A stretch of 64,000 bases of DNA, taken from IMG/VR virus record IMGVR_UViG_3300024351_000013. The stretch is one strand, 5' to 3'. A program made the position numbers and the translations under genes. The notes beneath the pieces were generated by a model. That model was not told where the DNA came from. It searched no databases and saw only the letters and a program-made list of their open reading frames with translations. Below, piece after piece: positions 48,083 to 58,166 of the stretch. This DNA comes from a virus (Duplodnaviria > Caudoviricetes). Within the stretch, counting starts at the first letter, position 1; each line of letters starts with the position of its first letter.

Positions 48083-48777
48083 AAAAACTTTTTCCAATCA
48101 ATACAAGGTGATAATAAATCTGCTTGACAATGTGTAGAATAACCAGGAAGTGATGATATTAAAACTCTTCCTCTCTGTGCTAACTCCAGAAATTTTTGGT
48201 GGTCCGCAGAAGGTTCCACACCTGTAGAATATTTAGTGTGCGTGTAAAAGTCCTCTACAAGAGTTGAATACTTCACAGCAAATGTATTGGTTGTTGAAGG
48301 AGTTGCCATCCAATGACAAGAATCTGTAAATAAAACTTTAGTTCGGAACTCTGCATAATACTCACCATACTTGTCTCTGTGGTCGTACAAGGTCGCATAA
48401 GAGATGGGAAGGGCGAATGCCTCTAACAGAACTTTATCCCACCCTGGTTGATGAATATAATCATCTTCCAAGAAGTAAATGATATCATCTTGAGAATGAT
48501 TTTGTGTTTTAATATACTTCAAAGTTTCTATAAAGCTCTTTGCTTCTCCGCCGCAATTGATCGTATATATATTTTCTTCATTTGATAGGAAAGTATCTTC
48601 TATCTTTCCATAATGTTCGTCATAAATGATTGCGTATTTTGTTGTTTCTGGATTGAGAGTATTTTTGAAGTTTTGGAATACCTTTTCTTTGTCCCACCAA
48701 GAAGGTCTTTGTTTTCCAGGACTCTCTTGAATTTTGGAATAATAGCAATGTCTCAAATAAACATTAATTTTTGTCAT
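48079..48777 (-). CDS. Putative GT-A fold glycosyltransferase
   Basis: IIYFLEDDYIH DxD-type motif, STTNTF. Confidence 0.65.
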   Translation of the reverse strand: MTKINVYLRHCYYSKIQESPGKQRPSWWDKEKVFQNFKNTLNPETTKYAIIYDEHYGKIEDTFLSNEENIYTINCGGEAKSFIETLKYIKTQNHSQDDIIYFLEDDYIHQPGWDKVLLEAFALPISYATLYDHRDKYGEYYAEFRTKVLFTDSCHWMATPSTTNTFAVKYSTLVEDFYTHTKYSTGVEPSADHQKFLELAQRGRVLISSLPGYSTHCQADLLSPCIDWKKFL

Positions 48778-48779
48778 TT

Positions 48780-49460
48780 CTAAAAAGGATAATTGGGTGT
48801 TTGTATTGTTGTTTCTCCTGGTTCATCATATGCATAAAATCCATATTGAATAATCGTAAATAGATTAGCGTGCATAAACTCATCGTTCATTGTAGTAATA
48901 CCATCAACCAGAAGACGAGAAACCATTAACTTCGCAACAGCAGGGTCAATTGCATATGCATGTGCCCGACCTATTTTACGAGTGAAAGTATCAGGTGATT
49001 GCATATGAATTGGAGTTGGTTGAACGGACATCCCATTATACTTCTGTTCCTTACAACCAAGATATGTGATTGCATTATAAAAAGGATAGGGACCAAAAAA
49101 TTTCTCTACCATTATAGCATCGTGCTCTAATATAACGATAGGTCTATCTATTGTGATACAATGAAACCACAAACTAAAGTGAGATAAGCAACACCCAATT
49201 TGAGATGGTGTCATAAATTTATGATTGACCTTCAACCATTTCAAGTAATCTTTGTCTTGAAGATGTTTCGGTATTACAATTTCTCCAGAAGAACCATCAA
49301 AACCTTCCCAAAGAGTATAAGGTTGCTCTACTGCAATACAACTCTCTATACATCTTTGAGTTAAGGTCTTTGAAGTTTCATTATTTGGTAGAGTAATAAT
49401 ATAAGTATTTTCTATAAAAGAATTCTCTGTTGGATAAAAACTTTCTAATGTTCGCTTCAT
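48780..49460 (-). CDS. GT25-like glycosyltransferase
   Basis: YIITL, IGCCLSH..LW, VILEHDA, AHAYAI. Confidence 0.75.
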   Translation of the reverse strand: MKRTLESFYPTENSFIENTYIITLPNNETSKTLTQRCIESCIAVEQPYTLWEGFDGSSGEIVIPKHLQDKDYLKWLKVNHKFMTPSQIGCCLSHFSLWFHCITIDRPIVILEHDAIMVEKFFGPYPFYNAITYLGCKEQKYNGMSVQPTPIHMQSPDTFTRKIGRAHAYAIDPAVAKLMVSRLLVDGITTMNDEFMHANLFTIIQYGFYAYDEPGETTIQTPNYPF

Positions 49461-50056
49461 TCTAAATTGCCTGATATTGAAATTCTATAATCATCACTTG
49501 TAGAAAATGGATAGACGCAATGAGATAAATGTGCTGGGAACAATACTATTCTACCACACCAATCCTCATTGACATATAAGGTTTCTAAAGTAAGTTGTCC
49601 TAAAATATTTGGATAGATGAATTGGAAAGTTGATGCTGCTTTTGCTTTTGTATCTTTTACATGAGCCGCATTCAACTCTTCTTCTACTTTGTATGGAATT
49701 TTTAACCAGCAAACAAAACTAAAAGTGCTGCTGTGATGGTGAATTGGATTAAACTCATTCTTCTTTTGAAAATTGACCCACAGATGAGTGAGTTTAAAGT
49801 CACTTGGTTTTTTGTAGAAATTCCAATAGTCTGTATATGACTTACACATTTCATTGAGATATGGTTGCAAAACTAACATAGACTTTTGCAACTCATATTG
49901 ATTTTCTATATTTCCTGCAAGACCATTATTGTAATTTGAATGAGAATGAAAATCAGAAGAGATTTCATTTACTTCATTCATTACTTGATTATAAAGTTCT
50001 TCTGGAAGAACACCAGATGTGACACCGGGATTTGGTAATGATATATGACTAAACAT
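49457..50056 (-). CDS. Putative 2OG-Fe(II) oxygenase
   Basis: WVN...NPIHHH..FSFV.W, VLFPA.L.H.V.P, RISISGN. Confidence 0.8.
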   Translation of the reverse strand: MFSHISLPNPGVTSGVLPEELYNQVMNEVNEISSDFHSHSNYNNGLAGNIENQYELQKSMLVLQPYLNEMCKSYTDYWNFYKKPSDFKLTHLWVNFQKKNEFNPIHHHSSTFSFVCWLKIPYKVEEELNAAHVKDTKAKAASTFQFIYPNILGQLTLETLYVNEDWCGRIVLFPAHLSHCVYPFSTSDDYRISISGNLE

Positions 50057-50852
50057 AGGTTTTTAATTTCTCCAAATCATATTCATTCCACCAAGACTTC
50101 CAATCAATAAAGAAGTCTCTATCATATTCTCCTTGCATATGTAGTGCTAAAGAAGGAATTGGAGTAAAGCAGAAATGTCCTCTTTCATAATAAACCCTAC
50201 AAATACTATCCATTTCCATCGTTTCACTTACCTCACTTGTTCCCATTTTGTGGAACAAGTCCCAGTGCTTTCTAATAATATCAACATGAGTCATTAAAGT
50301 CACTGCTACATGAAAATTAGTTCTCCAATATCTATCTTTTGATACTACAAGATGACAAGGAACTGCAGTGTTTTCTGCTTCGTGATACTCTGCTGGCTTA
50401 TTGAATGGAAAGATACTTGCAGGAGAACCTAGATTACAACTAAACTGATTAATTGCATGTATCATCAGTTCAACAGAGTCTTGTTGATGAAGAAAATCAT
50501 CTTGAACATAATAGACCCAATCTTTTCCATAATCTCTTCCATGTTCGTAGCACCTCAAAATAGATGGCATAATACCATAAGTCTCAAGATGGGTTAGATT
50601 AACTTTGAACTTTGCAATGCTGATAAGTTTTTCTAAAATATCTAAAAATTCTTTGTCCGAGTGGTCATCAAAGATTTGAAGTTCTATTTCATAATCTGGA
50701 TAATGTTCTTGTGCGTAATTGAGACTATCAATCAAAGAAAAGATACACCTTGAAGAAACTTCGATCTTTGGTGCTTCACAATATCTTCCAGAATCTTTAT
50801 CTCGGTTTCCTTTTGAATGAGTCTGGACGACAACTAACAAATGAGTTTTCAT
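50049..50852 (-). CDS. Putative GT-A fold glycosyltransferase
   Basis: IFDDHS, WVYYVQDDFLH, PIPSLALH. Confidence 0.65.
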   Translation of the reverse strand: MKTHLLVVVQTHSKGNRDKDSGRYCEAPKIEVSSRCIFSLIDSLNYAQEHYPDYEIELQIFDDHSDKEFLDILEKLISIAKFKVNLTHLETYGIMPSILRCYEHGRDYGKDWVYYVQDDFLHQQDSVELMIHAINQFSCNLGSPASIFPFNKPAEYHEAENTAVPCHLVVSKDRYWRTNFHVAVTLMTHVDIIRKHWDLFHKMGTSEVSETMEMDSICRVYYERGHFCFTPIPSLALHMQGEYDRDFFIDWKSWWNEYDLEKLKTYV

Positions 50853-51631
50853 ATATCAAACTTGGAATAAAGTTTTATATTCTCTTCTCCTATTACTTCA
50901 ATAGGATTTTGTGAAATTTTGGCAAGATTTGGACGAATATCATGAAGCCCTCTAAGTCCCCATTCTTCGTCCTTTTGTTCTCCACAAGCATTTTCAATGT
51001 TATTGAAAGTATTTGTATGAGATGGAACTTCTAAAAACTCATAGATTTTACTCAGTTCTTCTTCTGGATTATTGACTAGAGCATTATATTCAACTAAATG
51101 AACCCAATCTGGATATTTGTTGAGTCCATAAACCATACTCTCATAAGAAGGAGCAACATAATATCTCCAAATATATTCTGCACGATTATTATTTGTAATT
51201 GGTAGATTATCATTCCTTAAATGATTATCAATGAAATTATCATAGTGCTTTGACCTTTCTATGAGTGAAATATAAGATGTAAGAACTTCTGGAATAGAAC
51301 GATAAGTTGCTACAATTTTTGGTTTGTTGGAAAGAAACATTTGAACGGTATCAAGATTCTTTCCCCAAAACCGATGCTTATCTAGAATTGTTGATTTTGG
51401 AATGTGATTATAAAAGTTTGCAAGAACTGCCTTATAGACATTATACGAAATTGCCTTGCGGTCAAAGGTAAATTGGATATCTAAAGTATTAAATGATTTC
51501 TCAATATCAGTTACTACATCACCTAATGGAGATGTTGGTGATACATAAATGTCTGGATGTTGATTGAGAAGTGACCCAAGTAATGTAGAACCACTTCTTG
51601 GAAGTCCTCCAAGAAAATATAATGTCTTCAT
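50849..51631 (-). CDS. PAPS-dependent sulfotransferase
   Basis: GGLPRSGSTLL (5'-PSB loop), R....LTS (3'-PB), VEYNALV.NP. Confidence 0.88.
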   Translation of the reverse strand: MKTLYFLGGLPRSGSTLLGSLLNQHPDIYVSPTSPLGDVVTDIEKSFNTLDIQFTFDRKAISYNVYKAVLANFYNHIPKSTILDKHRFWGKNLDTVQMFLSNKPKIVATYRSIPEVLTSYISLIERSKHYDNFIDNHLRNDNLPITNNNRAEYIWRYYVAPSYESMVYGLNKYPDWVHLVEYNALVNNPEEELSKIYEFLEVPSHTNTFNNIENACGEQKDEEWGLRGLHDIRPNLAKISQNPIEVIGEENIKLYSKFDI

Positions 51632-51655
51632 AGTTTATTTCTTTCTTATTATGTA

Positions 51656-53335
51656 TTATATCACAGGATCGATGTATGTGAGTGCTACCGAAAACCTATC
51701 TCCACTAGAAACTTGTTTCCAGTTGGTTCCTCCTGCGAATGTAGTGATTGGAGTTGATTTACTAGTACCAGAACCATTGATTCCCTGTTGTCCATTAGAA
51801 TTATCACCCCAAGTCCATAAAGTTCCATCGGTCTTGATTGCTATTGTAATACGACATATATTAGAACCACTACAACCAACTTGTTTCCAGTTGGTTCCTC
51901 CTGCGAATGTAGTGACTGGAGTAGATGCATCGTTTCCAGCACCAGATCTAGTGATTCCTAGTTGTCCCTCATAATTACGACCCCAAGTCCATAAAGTTCC
52001 ATCAGTTTTGATTGCTGCTGTATGATAACCACCACCAGAAACTTGTTTCCAGTTGGTTCCTCCTGCGAATGTAGTGATCGGAGTGGATACATTAGTATTT
52101 GAATTGTTTCCTAATTGTGCAGAAGTATTATAACCCCAAGTCCAAAGAGTTCCATCAGTTTTAATTGCTGTAGAAAAACTACCTCCATTACTTATTTGAC
52201 TCCAATTAGTCCCTCCAGCAAATGTTGTGACTGGAGTTGATCTATTACCAGTAGCATTAATTCCAAGTCTTCCAAAAGATCCATCACCCCAAACCCATAA
52301 AGTTCCATCAGTTTTGATTGCCGCTATATGGCCTCTTCCGGCAGTAACTTGTTTCCAGTTGGTTCCTCCTGTGAATGTAGTGACTGGAGTTGATTTATTA
52401 TCTGTTGCAGCGTTTCCCATTTGTCCGACAAAACCACGACCCCAAGACCATAAAGTTCCATCAGTTTTAATTGCTACAGTAGAACGATAACCTCCAGCAT
52501 TAACTTGTTTCCAGTTGTTTCCTCCTGCGAATGTAGTGACTGGAGTTAATTTATTGGTTGTTGTACTGTCTCCTAGTTGTCCAGTATTATTACTACCCCA
52601 AAGCCATAAAGTTCCATCCGTTTTAATTGCTGCAGTATGAGTGTCTCCACAAGAAAGTTGTTTCCAATTGGTTCCACCAGCAAATGTTGTGATTGGAGTG
52701 AGTTTACCAGTTGTTGTATTGTCTCCTAGTCGTCCATCAGAATTAGTGCCCCAAGTCCATAAGTTTCCTTCACGAAACAAATCAGCAGGAACAAAAACAT
52801 TATCAAAACTATAAGTCAATCCATCATTACCTGTTACTATACTTCCATAGGTTGGAACATAAACACCAGCAGAAGATTTTCTTTCTATTTGAACTCCCCA
52901 AAAATCAAGAACAAGATTTGTATTGTTATCAGAATATAAGTCAATAAAACTTTTTGCGGTTGCTGTTGGAACTCCACTTGTAGTTACTCTTACCCACTGA
53001 TTAGTAATTAATTGTGATGAGTAATCAACTGAAGGACTTCCATCTGCTAAATCAGTAAATGCACTACCAGTTCCACTAATTCTCCTTACAAAAAAACTTG
53101 TCGTATAAGTATCAGTTCCGTTGGGAGTGAATGAAGGAAAATTAACTCTTAATAATGCATTAGTTGTATTATTGCATGTAAATCTAATTGCTGTATTTGT
53201 TCCATCAGGTGCAGTTATTCCTGTAGTTATTGTTGCACCTGCGGGAAAATTATTAATCCACGTAACAGTCCCTTCATAAGTGGAATATGCCACTAAATTT
53301 TCTCTATTGTTGATAAAATTATAAAATACTGGCAT
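51656..53335 (-). CDS. RCC1/BLIP-II 7-repeat beta-propeller protein with an inserted N-terminal lectin-like domain
   Basis: Seven LW.WG...LG...STPVTTFAGGTNWKQV units; about 160-aa insert after MPVFYNF. Confidence 0.85.
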   Translation of the reverse strand: MPVFYNFINNRENLVAYSTYEGTVTWINNFPAGATITTGITAPDGTNTAIRFTCNNTTNALLRVNFPSFTPNGTDTYTTSFFVRRISGTGSAFTDLADGSPSVDYSSQLITNQWVRVTTSGVPTATAKSFIDLYSDNNTNLVLDFWGVQIERKSSAGVYVPTYGSIVTGNDGLTYSFDNVFVPADLFREGNLWTWGTNSDGRLGDNTTTGKLTPITTFAGGTNWKQLSCGDTHTAAIKTDGTLWLWGSNNTGQLGDSTTTNKLTPVTTFAGGNNWKQVNAGGYRSTVAIKTDGTLWSWGRGFVGQMGNAATDNKSTPVTTFTGGTNWKQVTAGRGHIAAIKTDGTLWVWGDGSFGRLGINATGNRSTPVTTFAGGTNWSQISNGGSFSTAIKTDGTLWTWGYNTSAQLGNNSNTNVSTPITTFAGGTNWKQVSGGGYHTAAIKTDGTLWTWGRNYEGQLGITRSGAGNDASTPVTTFAGGTNWKQVGCSGSNICRITIAIKTDGTLWTWGDNSNGQQGINGSGTSKSTPITTFAGGTNWKQVSSGDRFSVALTYIDPVI

Positions 53336-53340
53336 TTCTT

Positions 53341-53706
53341 TTATTTTGGAGGAATCTCTACAAAAACAACTGGAGTATTCATTTTTTCACTCCAGTTTTG
53401 AAGATATTGTTTAACTTCAGAATTCATTTCTTTATTATTTATTGGAAGAACTTTTAGATATTGACCATCTCCACTTCCCTCAACAGAGACCAGAACATCA
53501 CACTTATCAGGTCGCATTTCTTCTGGTAGTAAATGCTGCGTCCAAGCACATTGATAGTCTCTACAAGATTCTGGTCGTGCCTTATGAACTCCACAACCAT
53601 TACATTCCAGATACTTACAAGACTTTCCTGCACCAAACTCCCAAGCAAAAGCATCACCAATCAACCAAGTACAACAAGCAGTACATTCTCCACATTCACG
53701 AAACAT
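53341..53706 (-). CDS. YkgJ-like cysteine-cluster (Zn/Fe-S) protein
   Basis: CGECTACC...C.YL...GC..H..RP..C..Y.C; start re-called at MFRECG. Confidence 0.75.
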   Translation of the reverse strand: MFRECGECTACCTWLIGDAFAWEFGAGKSCKYLECNGCGVHKARPESCRDYQCAWTQHLLPEEMRPDKCDVLVSVEGSGDGQYLKVLPINNKEMNSEVKQYLQNWSEKMNTPVVFVEIPPK

Positions 53707-54352
53707 AATCATCCTCCTTATAATAGTAAGTATATGAATCAAAAATTCCCGGTTGGTATATTGTTTTTGGATTTGAATTTGGATTACTTCCAATCCAAAG
53801 TTCTCTATCTATACGATAATCACTATAAAGAAACTTATGGTCTAGTGTTTGGATATGTTTGGCATTGGACCACCAAAAATTTCCAGTAAAATTATAAGTT
53901 CCTTCTAATGGTTTGGTGGTTGTACCATCAGACCATAAAGTTTCTCCCACAGAATTTAGATTTGAACCAACACAATCATATTCATCCAACATTTCCACAC
54001 ACTCTTTCCACCTATCAATTACAAAATACTCCATCATCAATCTCCAAGCATTTGCAATCAAAGTTCCTTTGCTTGCTCCCTTAGTGTGAAAATACAAAAT
54101 TTTATAATCCGGATTTTCATGCGCAAAATCTTTTAATGCAATCATCGTTTCCGTTTCTTCTGTCCAATTTTTATTGTAAACGACTTTTGCTTTTGTTGGT
54201 ATATAAAACATTTCTTGGCTGCCATTTACTCCAATATGAAAATGATCTATTTTATTCATTAGACCAGATACAAATAATCGATTAATCTGTTGTTGGTAGA
54301 TAAATGCGGAAATTTCATTTTGAAATGTATGATAAAAAACTGCTAACTTCAT
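53696..54352 (-). CDS. Hypothetical protein, putative glycosyltransferase-like
   Basis: ILYFHTKG, WRLMMEY, GNFWW, RELWIG; located in the glyco operon. Confidence 0.55.
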   Translation of the reverse strand: MKLAVFYHTFQNEISAFIYQQQINRLFVSGLMNKIDHFHIGVNGSQEMFYIPTKAKVVYNKNWTEETETMIALKDFAHENPDYKILYFHTKGASKGTLIANAWRLMMEYFVIDRWKECVEMLDEYDCVGSNLNSVGETLWSDGTTTKPLEGTYNFTGNFWWSNAKHIQTLDHKFLYSDYRIDRELWIGSNPNSNPKTIYQPGIFDSYTYYYKEDDYVS

Positions 54353-55137
54353 GTATGATACACCCCACCATTTTCGCCAGACATCCCCTTTACCATTGTA
54401 AGACCAAGATTTGGAACACTAATGATATTGTTCTTGTTTATAAATCGATAAAGTGAATGTTCTACATCAGTTCCAGAAGTAAATTGTATCATTTTTTCCA
54501 TATAAGTAAATGCCCCTTCAAGAGCCTCAACCGCTTCATTAAATAAAACTCTATCAAAAGACCAAAGACCAGTATTCATCATACCTTTTGCACCATATAA
54601 GTATGCATAGACATTTTCAAGATTACTTTCATTGAAACTTTCACCTTCTTCCAAAAGATAATCGTATTTTTTTACAATATATTTTCCTTCCAGAAACTTA
54701 CTTTCATAATCTTTAATATCAAAATGATCATTCAATAAGTATCTACCAGTAAGTTTAAAAACTCTTTGACTATCAGTGAATAGATTGTGCTGTTTAATTT
54801 CATAAAGAGTATTGAGTAATCCTCTTGTTTCCAACAATGATTTGCCATAAGTAATCAATTCTGGTCTTTCTTCAAGATTTTCATAAATTTGCTTTAGTAC
54901 TGGTTCATCATAAAACTCTAAAAACAAATCTGATTTTTCTTTAAGAATATCTTTTTGTTTCTCATCAATAGGTTTAGAAGAACACTCAAATAAAACCACA
55001 TAAGACTCTGAAACTTTCTTACGAATACATTCAATCGTTTCTAATGTTTGATTGAATCTCTGTTCTTCATTATAAGCACTAAACTCATCCTCTTTAAAAT
55101 GTTTGAGTGCTGAACCGACTAAAAATAAAAATTTCAT
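54349..55137 (-). CDS. Hypothetical protein, putative glycosyltransferase-like
   Basis: RFNQTLETI, VFKLTGRY; ATGA-coupled. Confidence 0.5.
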   Translation of the reverse strand: MKFLFLVGSALKHFKEDEFSAYNEEQRFNQTLETIECIRKKVSESYVVLFECSSKPIDEKQKDILKEKSDLFLEFYDEPVLKQIYENLEERPELITYGKSLLETRGLLNTLYEIKQHNLFTDSQRVFKLTGRYLLNDHFDIKDYESKFLEGKYIVKKYDYLLEEGESFNESNLENVYAYLYGAKGMMNTGLWSFDRVLFNEAVEALEGAFTYMEKMIQFTSGTDVEHSLYRFINKNNIISVPNLGLTMVKGMSGENGGVYHT

Positions 55138-55592
55138 AAGTAATCTGTATTAAAACTAATAATAATTCTTTCTTCTGTTTCTTCTTCCGTATAATGAACT
55201 AAATCACTTGAGAAGATAACCAACAATCCAGGATAAGGTTTAATTGATGTATCTGGAAAAATGAGTGGAGTGCTTCCAGAAATATAAAATGCTCCACTTA
55301 TAATACTTTCTCCATGATTATGTGCTTTGAGTTTATTTCCTGGTTGTGAGATATTGAACCAACTATTGATAAACTTTAGAGGTGAAATCTCATACTTATT
55401 ACAATACAGTCTAACATATTGCTTAAGAACATTTCTTAATCCAGTCAGTTCTGAATACATTAAAGTAGGCATTCCATGATTATAAGTAGAAACACCTTTT
55501 GTTATAAGTCCGTGAGAAGCAGTTTCTATTTCAAGAAGTTTGCTCTTGATGGTATTTAGATTTAAAAAAGAAAGATTATATTCCTCTATCAT
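55134..55592 (-). CDS. Putative 2OG-Fe(II) oxygenase (TIGR02466-like)
   Basis: SWFN, AHNH..ISGAFY, LVIFSS.L.H, R..ISFN. Confidence 0.8.
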   Translation of the reverse strand: MIEEYNLSFLNLNTIKSKLLEIETASHGLITKGVSTYNHGMPTLMYSELTGLRNVLKQYVRLYCNKYEISPLKFINSWFNISQPGNKLKAHNHGESIISGAFYISGSTPLIFPDTSIKPYPGLLVIFSSDLVHYTEEETEERIIISFNTDYL

Positions 55593-56925
55593 TCAAAAAC
55601 TCTCCTAGTTGCTTCAGTGGTTCATCCCAGTTTCTTGGTTTCTTTTGTCGGAACAGATGAATATTATCTCCATACCACATACACTTTCCTGTAGAGGAAG
55701 TCCAAACATAATATTCCATAATAGGAACAAAGACACAGACTTCTTTACCCATTGATGCTGCTACATGTGCCACAAAACTACAAGAAGTCACTACCAAATC
55801 AAGGTTCTTGATGATTGAGAATGTGTCGGCATATTCTCTATTAGGAACTGATAGTGATTGTTTGATTTCGGGATACTCATTGGCATCCTTATTATCACTG
55901 TGAGTTTGAAGTGAATAAAGTGAGTATCCTTTGTTTCCAAGAACACTCATATAGTCTTTGAGTTCTACTGAACGGAAAGTGTTCTGCTCGAACCCAGAAC
56001 TAGAAGCCCAGAACATTCCAACCTTATATCCAGTGTCTTCTTTTATCCACTCCCATTTCTTATCGTATTCTGGGAGTGTTTGGAGATAAGGTTCTCTTCC
56101 CATATCTTTGAGTTGCAGATTGAGATAATATGGAAGTGCCAGACCATAAACCCAGAAAGCATCTTTAGGAAACTCTGGTTTATCCCAAATACAAACAGCA
56201 TCATATCCATTATGTTTGAAGAGTTCTACAAGTTCTCTGCGAGTAGAACTCCAAATTGGTTTCATTCCCAAGTCTTTGAGGTGTTTCATAAACCGAATAT
56301 GAATGACTTCATCACCGGCGCCACATTGATTATCTACAATGATCGTTCTTCCTGGCGTCACTGTTCCATCCCATTTTTCAAAATCGGGATGTTTTTGATT
56401 CTTATATGCTTCTACTTCCCCTGCTTTGAGAAAGTGTTGAAGTCCCGTATGAATATCATCCTTACGGAAATAATGTCCTGATAGATTATGATATGCTTTT
56501 CTTTCAATCTCTTCTGGTAGTTTATATTTGAGAAGATTGAAGAGTAGTTTTTCTGACTTCTCTTTTTGATTGAGTGCAGAATACGCGAAGGTTTCCTCAA
56601 GAAGCAATTCAGTATCTTGCGGATTTATCTTCTTGCACTTATCAATTTGGGTAATAGATTTCTCTGGATGATTTGATTGATTATATGCATTAATCAAATT
56701 CATAGAGGTCGTATATTTTTCTTCTTTTGTTTGTGCTAATTTGAGAGACTTTTCTCCATACTCAATTGCCTTGGAGAAGTTCTTAAGTTCAAAAAATATT
56801 TTTGCTACATCATTATATTGAGAAAAAACTTGTGCTTGTTTTCCAAAGGCATCAAGTAATTCGAATGTTAGTTGCTGTTCTTTAAATGAATATAATGTCT
56901 TTGCTACCAATTCAAGTGGGTTCAT
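55576..56925 (-). CDS. TPR protein fused to a GT9-like (GT-B) domain
   Basis: N-terminal TPRs; W.G....TI.V....G.GD.I..IRF, DLVVTSCS.VAH.AASMG. Confidence 0.75.
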   Translation of the reverse strand: MNPLELVAKTLYSFKEQQLTFELLDAFGKQAQVFSQYNDVAKIFFELKNFSKAIEYGEKSLKLAQTKEEKYTTSMNLINAYNQSNHPEKSITQIDKCKKINPQDTELLLEETFAYSALNQKEKSEKLLFNLLKYKLPEEIERKAYHNLSGHYFRKDDIHTGLQHFLKAGEVEAYKNQKHPDFEKWDGTVTPGRTIIVDNQCGAGDEVIHIRFMKHLKDLGMKPIWSSTRRELVELFKHNGYDAVCIWDKPEFPKDAFWVYGLALPYYLNLQLKDMGREPYLQTLPEYDKKWEWIKEDTGYKVGMFWASSSGFEQNTFRSVELKDYMSVLGNKGYSLYSLQTHSDNKDANEYPEIKQSLSVPNREYADTFSIIKNLDLVVTSCSFVAHVAASMGKEVCVFVPIMEYYVWTSSTGKCMWYGDNIHLFRQKKPRNWDEPLKQLGEFLNDRGI

Positions 56926-56947
56926 ATTGAATAATTTATTTTGTAGG

Positions 56948-56954
56948 TATTTAG
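56948..56954 (-). promoter_or_regulatory. Late-promoter-like CTAAATA at the head of the modification operon
   Basis: CTAAATA 23 nt upstream of the 56925 ATG; the same box precedes g3 and 40542. Confidence 0.55.
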
Positions 56955-56959
56955 ATACC

Positions 56960-58165
56960 TCATAAATTGTCAGAGCTTTTAATTGTCGCTATATGACCAC
57001 CTCCAGCTGAAACTTGTTTCCAATTGGTCCCTCCAATAACTGTTGTGACTGGAGTGGATCTAGTAATTGTGTCATTAGTTCCAAGTCTTCCACTATTACC
57101 ACTACCCCAAGTCCATAAAGTCCCATCAGTCTTGGTTGCTACTGTATGACCCTCGCCAGTAGAAACTTGTTTCCAGCTAGTTCCCCCTGCAAATGTTGTA
57201 ACTGGAGTTGTAAAATTGCCAGATGTGCCCCCATTTCCGAGTCTTCCAAAACTAGCATAACCCCAAGACCATAAAGTTCCGTCATTCTTCACTGCCGCTG
57301 TATGGGTATCTCCAGCAGAAGCTTGCTTCCAGTTGTTCCCTCCAGCAAATGTTGTAACTGGAGTACATCTGTTGGTGAATCCACCATCTCCTATTTGCCC
57401 CTGTGCTCCGCGTCCAAAAGTCCATAAAGTTCCATCAGTCTTTATTGCGACATTATGATGAAAGAAAGCATGGACACTTCTCCAATTAGTTCCTCCAGCA
57501 AGTGTTGTGACTGGAGTAGATATTGCAACTGTACTATTAATTCCAAGTTGTCCGTAAGTTCCATCCCCCCAAGTCCATAAAGTCCCATCAGTCTTGGTTG
57601 CTATGACATGACGATATCCGCCACTAACTGTTCTCCAATTAGTTCCTCCTGCAAATGTTGTGACGGGGGTAAGTTTGTTTGTTGCCGTATTGTCACCAAG
57701 TCTACCAAATCCCCCTGGACCCCAAATCCATAAAGTTCCGTCAGTTTTTATTGCCATCGTATTATTGAGTCCTACACTCAAATATTTCCAATCAGTTCCT
57801 CCTGCAAATGTTGTGACGGGAGTAAGTTTGTTAATTGTTGTATTGTCTCCAAGTCTACCACCACTATTATTGCCCCAAGTCCACAAAGTTCCATCAGTCT
57901 TGGTTGCTACAGTATGAAATCTTCCTGCAAAAACTTGCTTCCAGTTAGATCCTCCTGATAATGTTGTGATTGGGGTTGATTTATTGGTTGTTGTATTATC
58001 TCCCAAAACTCCACTATTACCGTATCCCCAAGACCACAACTCCGGAGTCTTTCCAATTTGTTGAGCAATATTTGGATAAACACTCATTAAGTATTCTTTG
58101 GTAATTAATTTATTACCAAGGTCAGTTCCAAAACTATCCCCAAAATTAGTTACTGGATTTGGCAT
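56960..58165 (-). CDS. RCC1/BLIP-II 7-repeat beta-propeller protein
   Basis: Seven repeats of KTDGTLW.WG / TPVTTFAGG.NWK. Confidence 0.9.
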   Translation of the reverse strand: MPNPVTNFGDSFGTDLGNKLITKEYLMSVYPNIAQQIGKTPELWSWGYGNSGVLGDNTTTNKSTPITTLSGGSNWKQVFAGRFHTVATKTDGTLWTWGNNSGGRLGDNTTINKLTPVTTFAGGTDWKYLSVGLNNTMAIKTDGTLWIWGPGGFGRLGDNTATNKLTPVTTFAGGTNWRTVSGGYRHVIATKTDGTLWTWGDGTYGQLGINSTVAISTPVTTLAGGTNWRSVHAFFHHNVAIKTDGTLWTFGRGAQGQIGDGGFTNRCTPVTTFAGGNNWKQASAGDTHTAAVKNDGTLWSWGYASFGRLGNGGTSGNFTTPVTTFAGGTSWKQVSTGEGHTVATKTDGTLWTWGSGNSGRLGTNDTITRSTPVTTVIGGTNWKQVSAGGGHIATIKSSDNL

Positions 58166-58166
58166 A

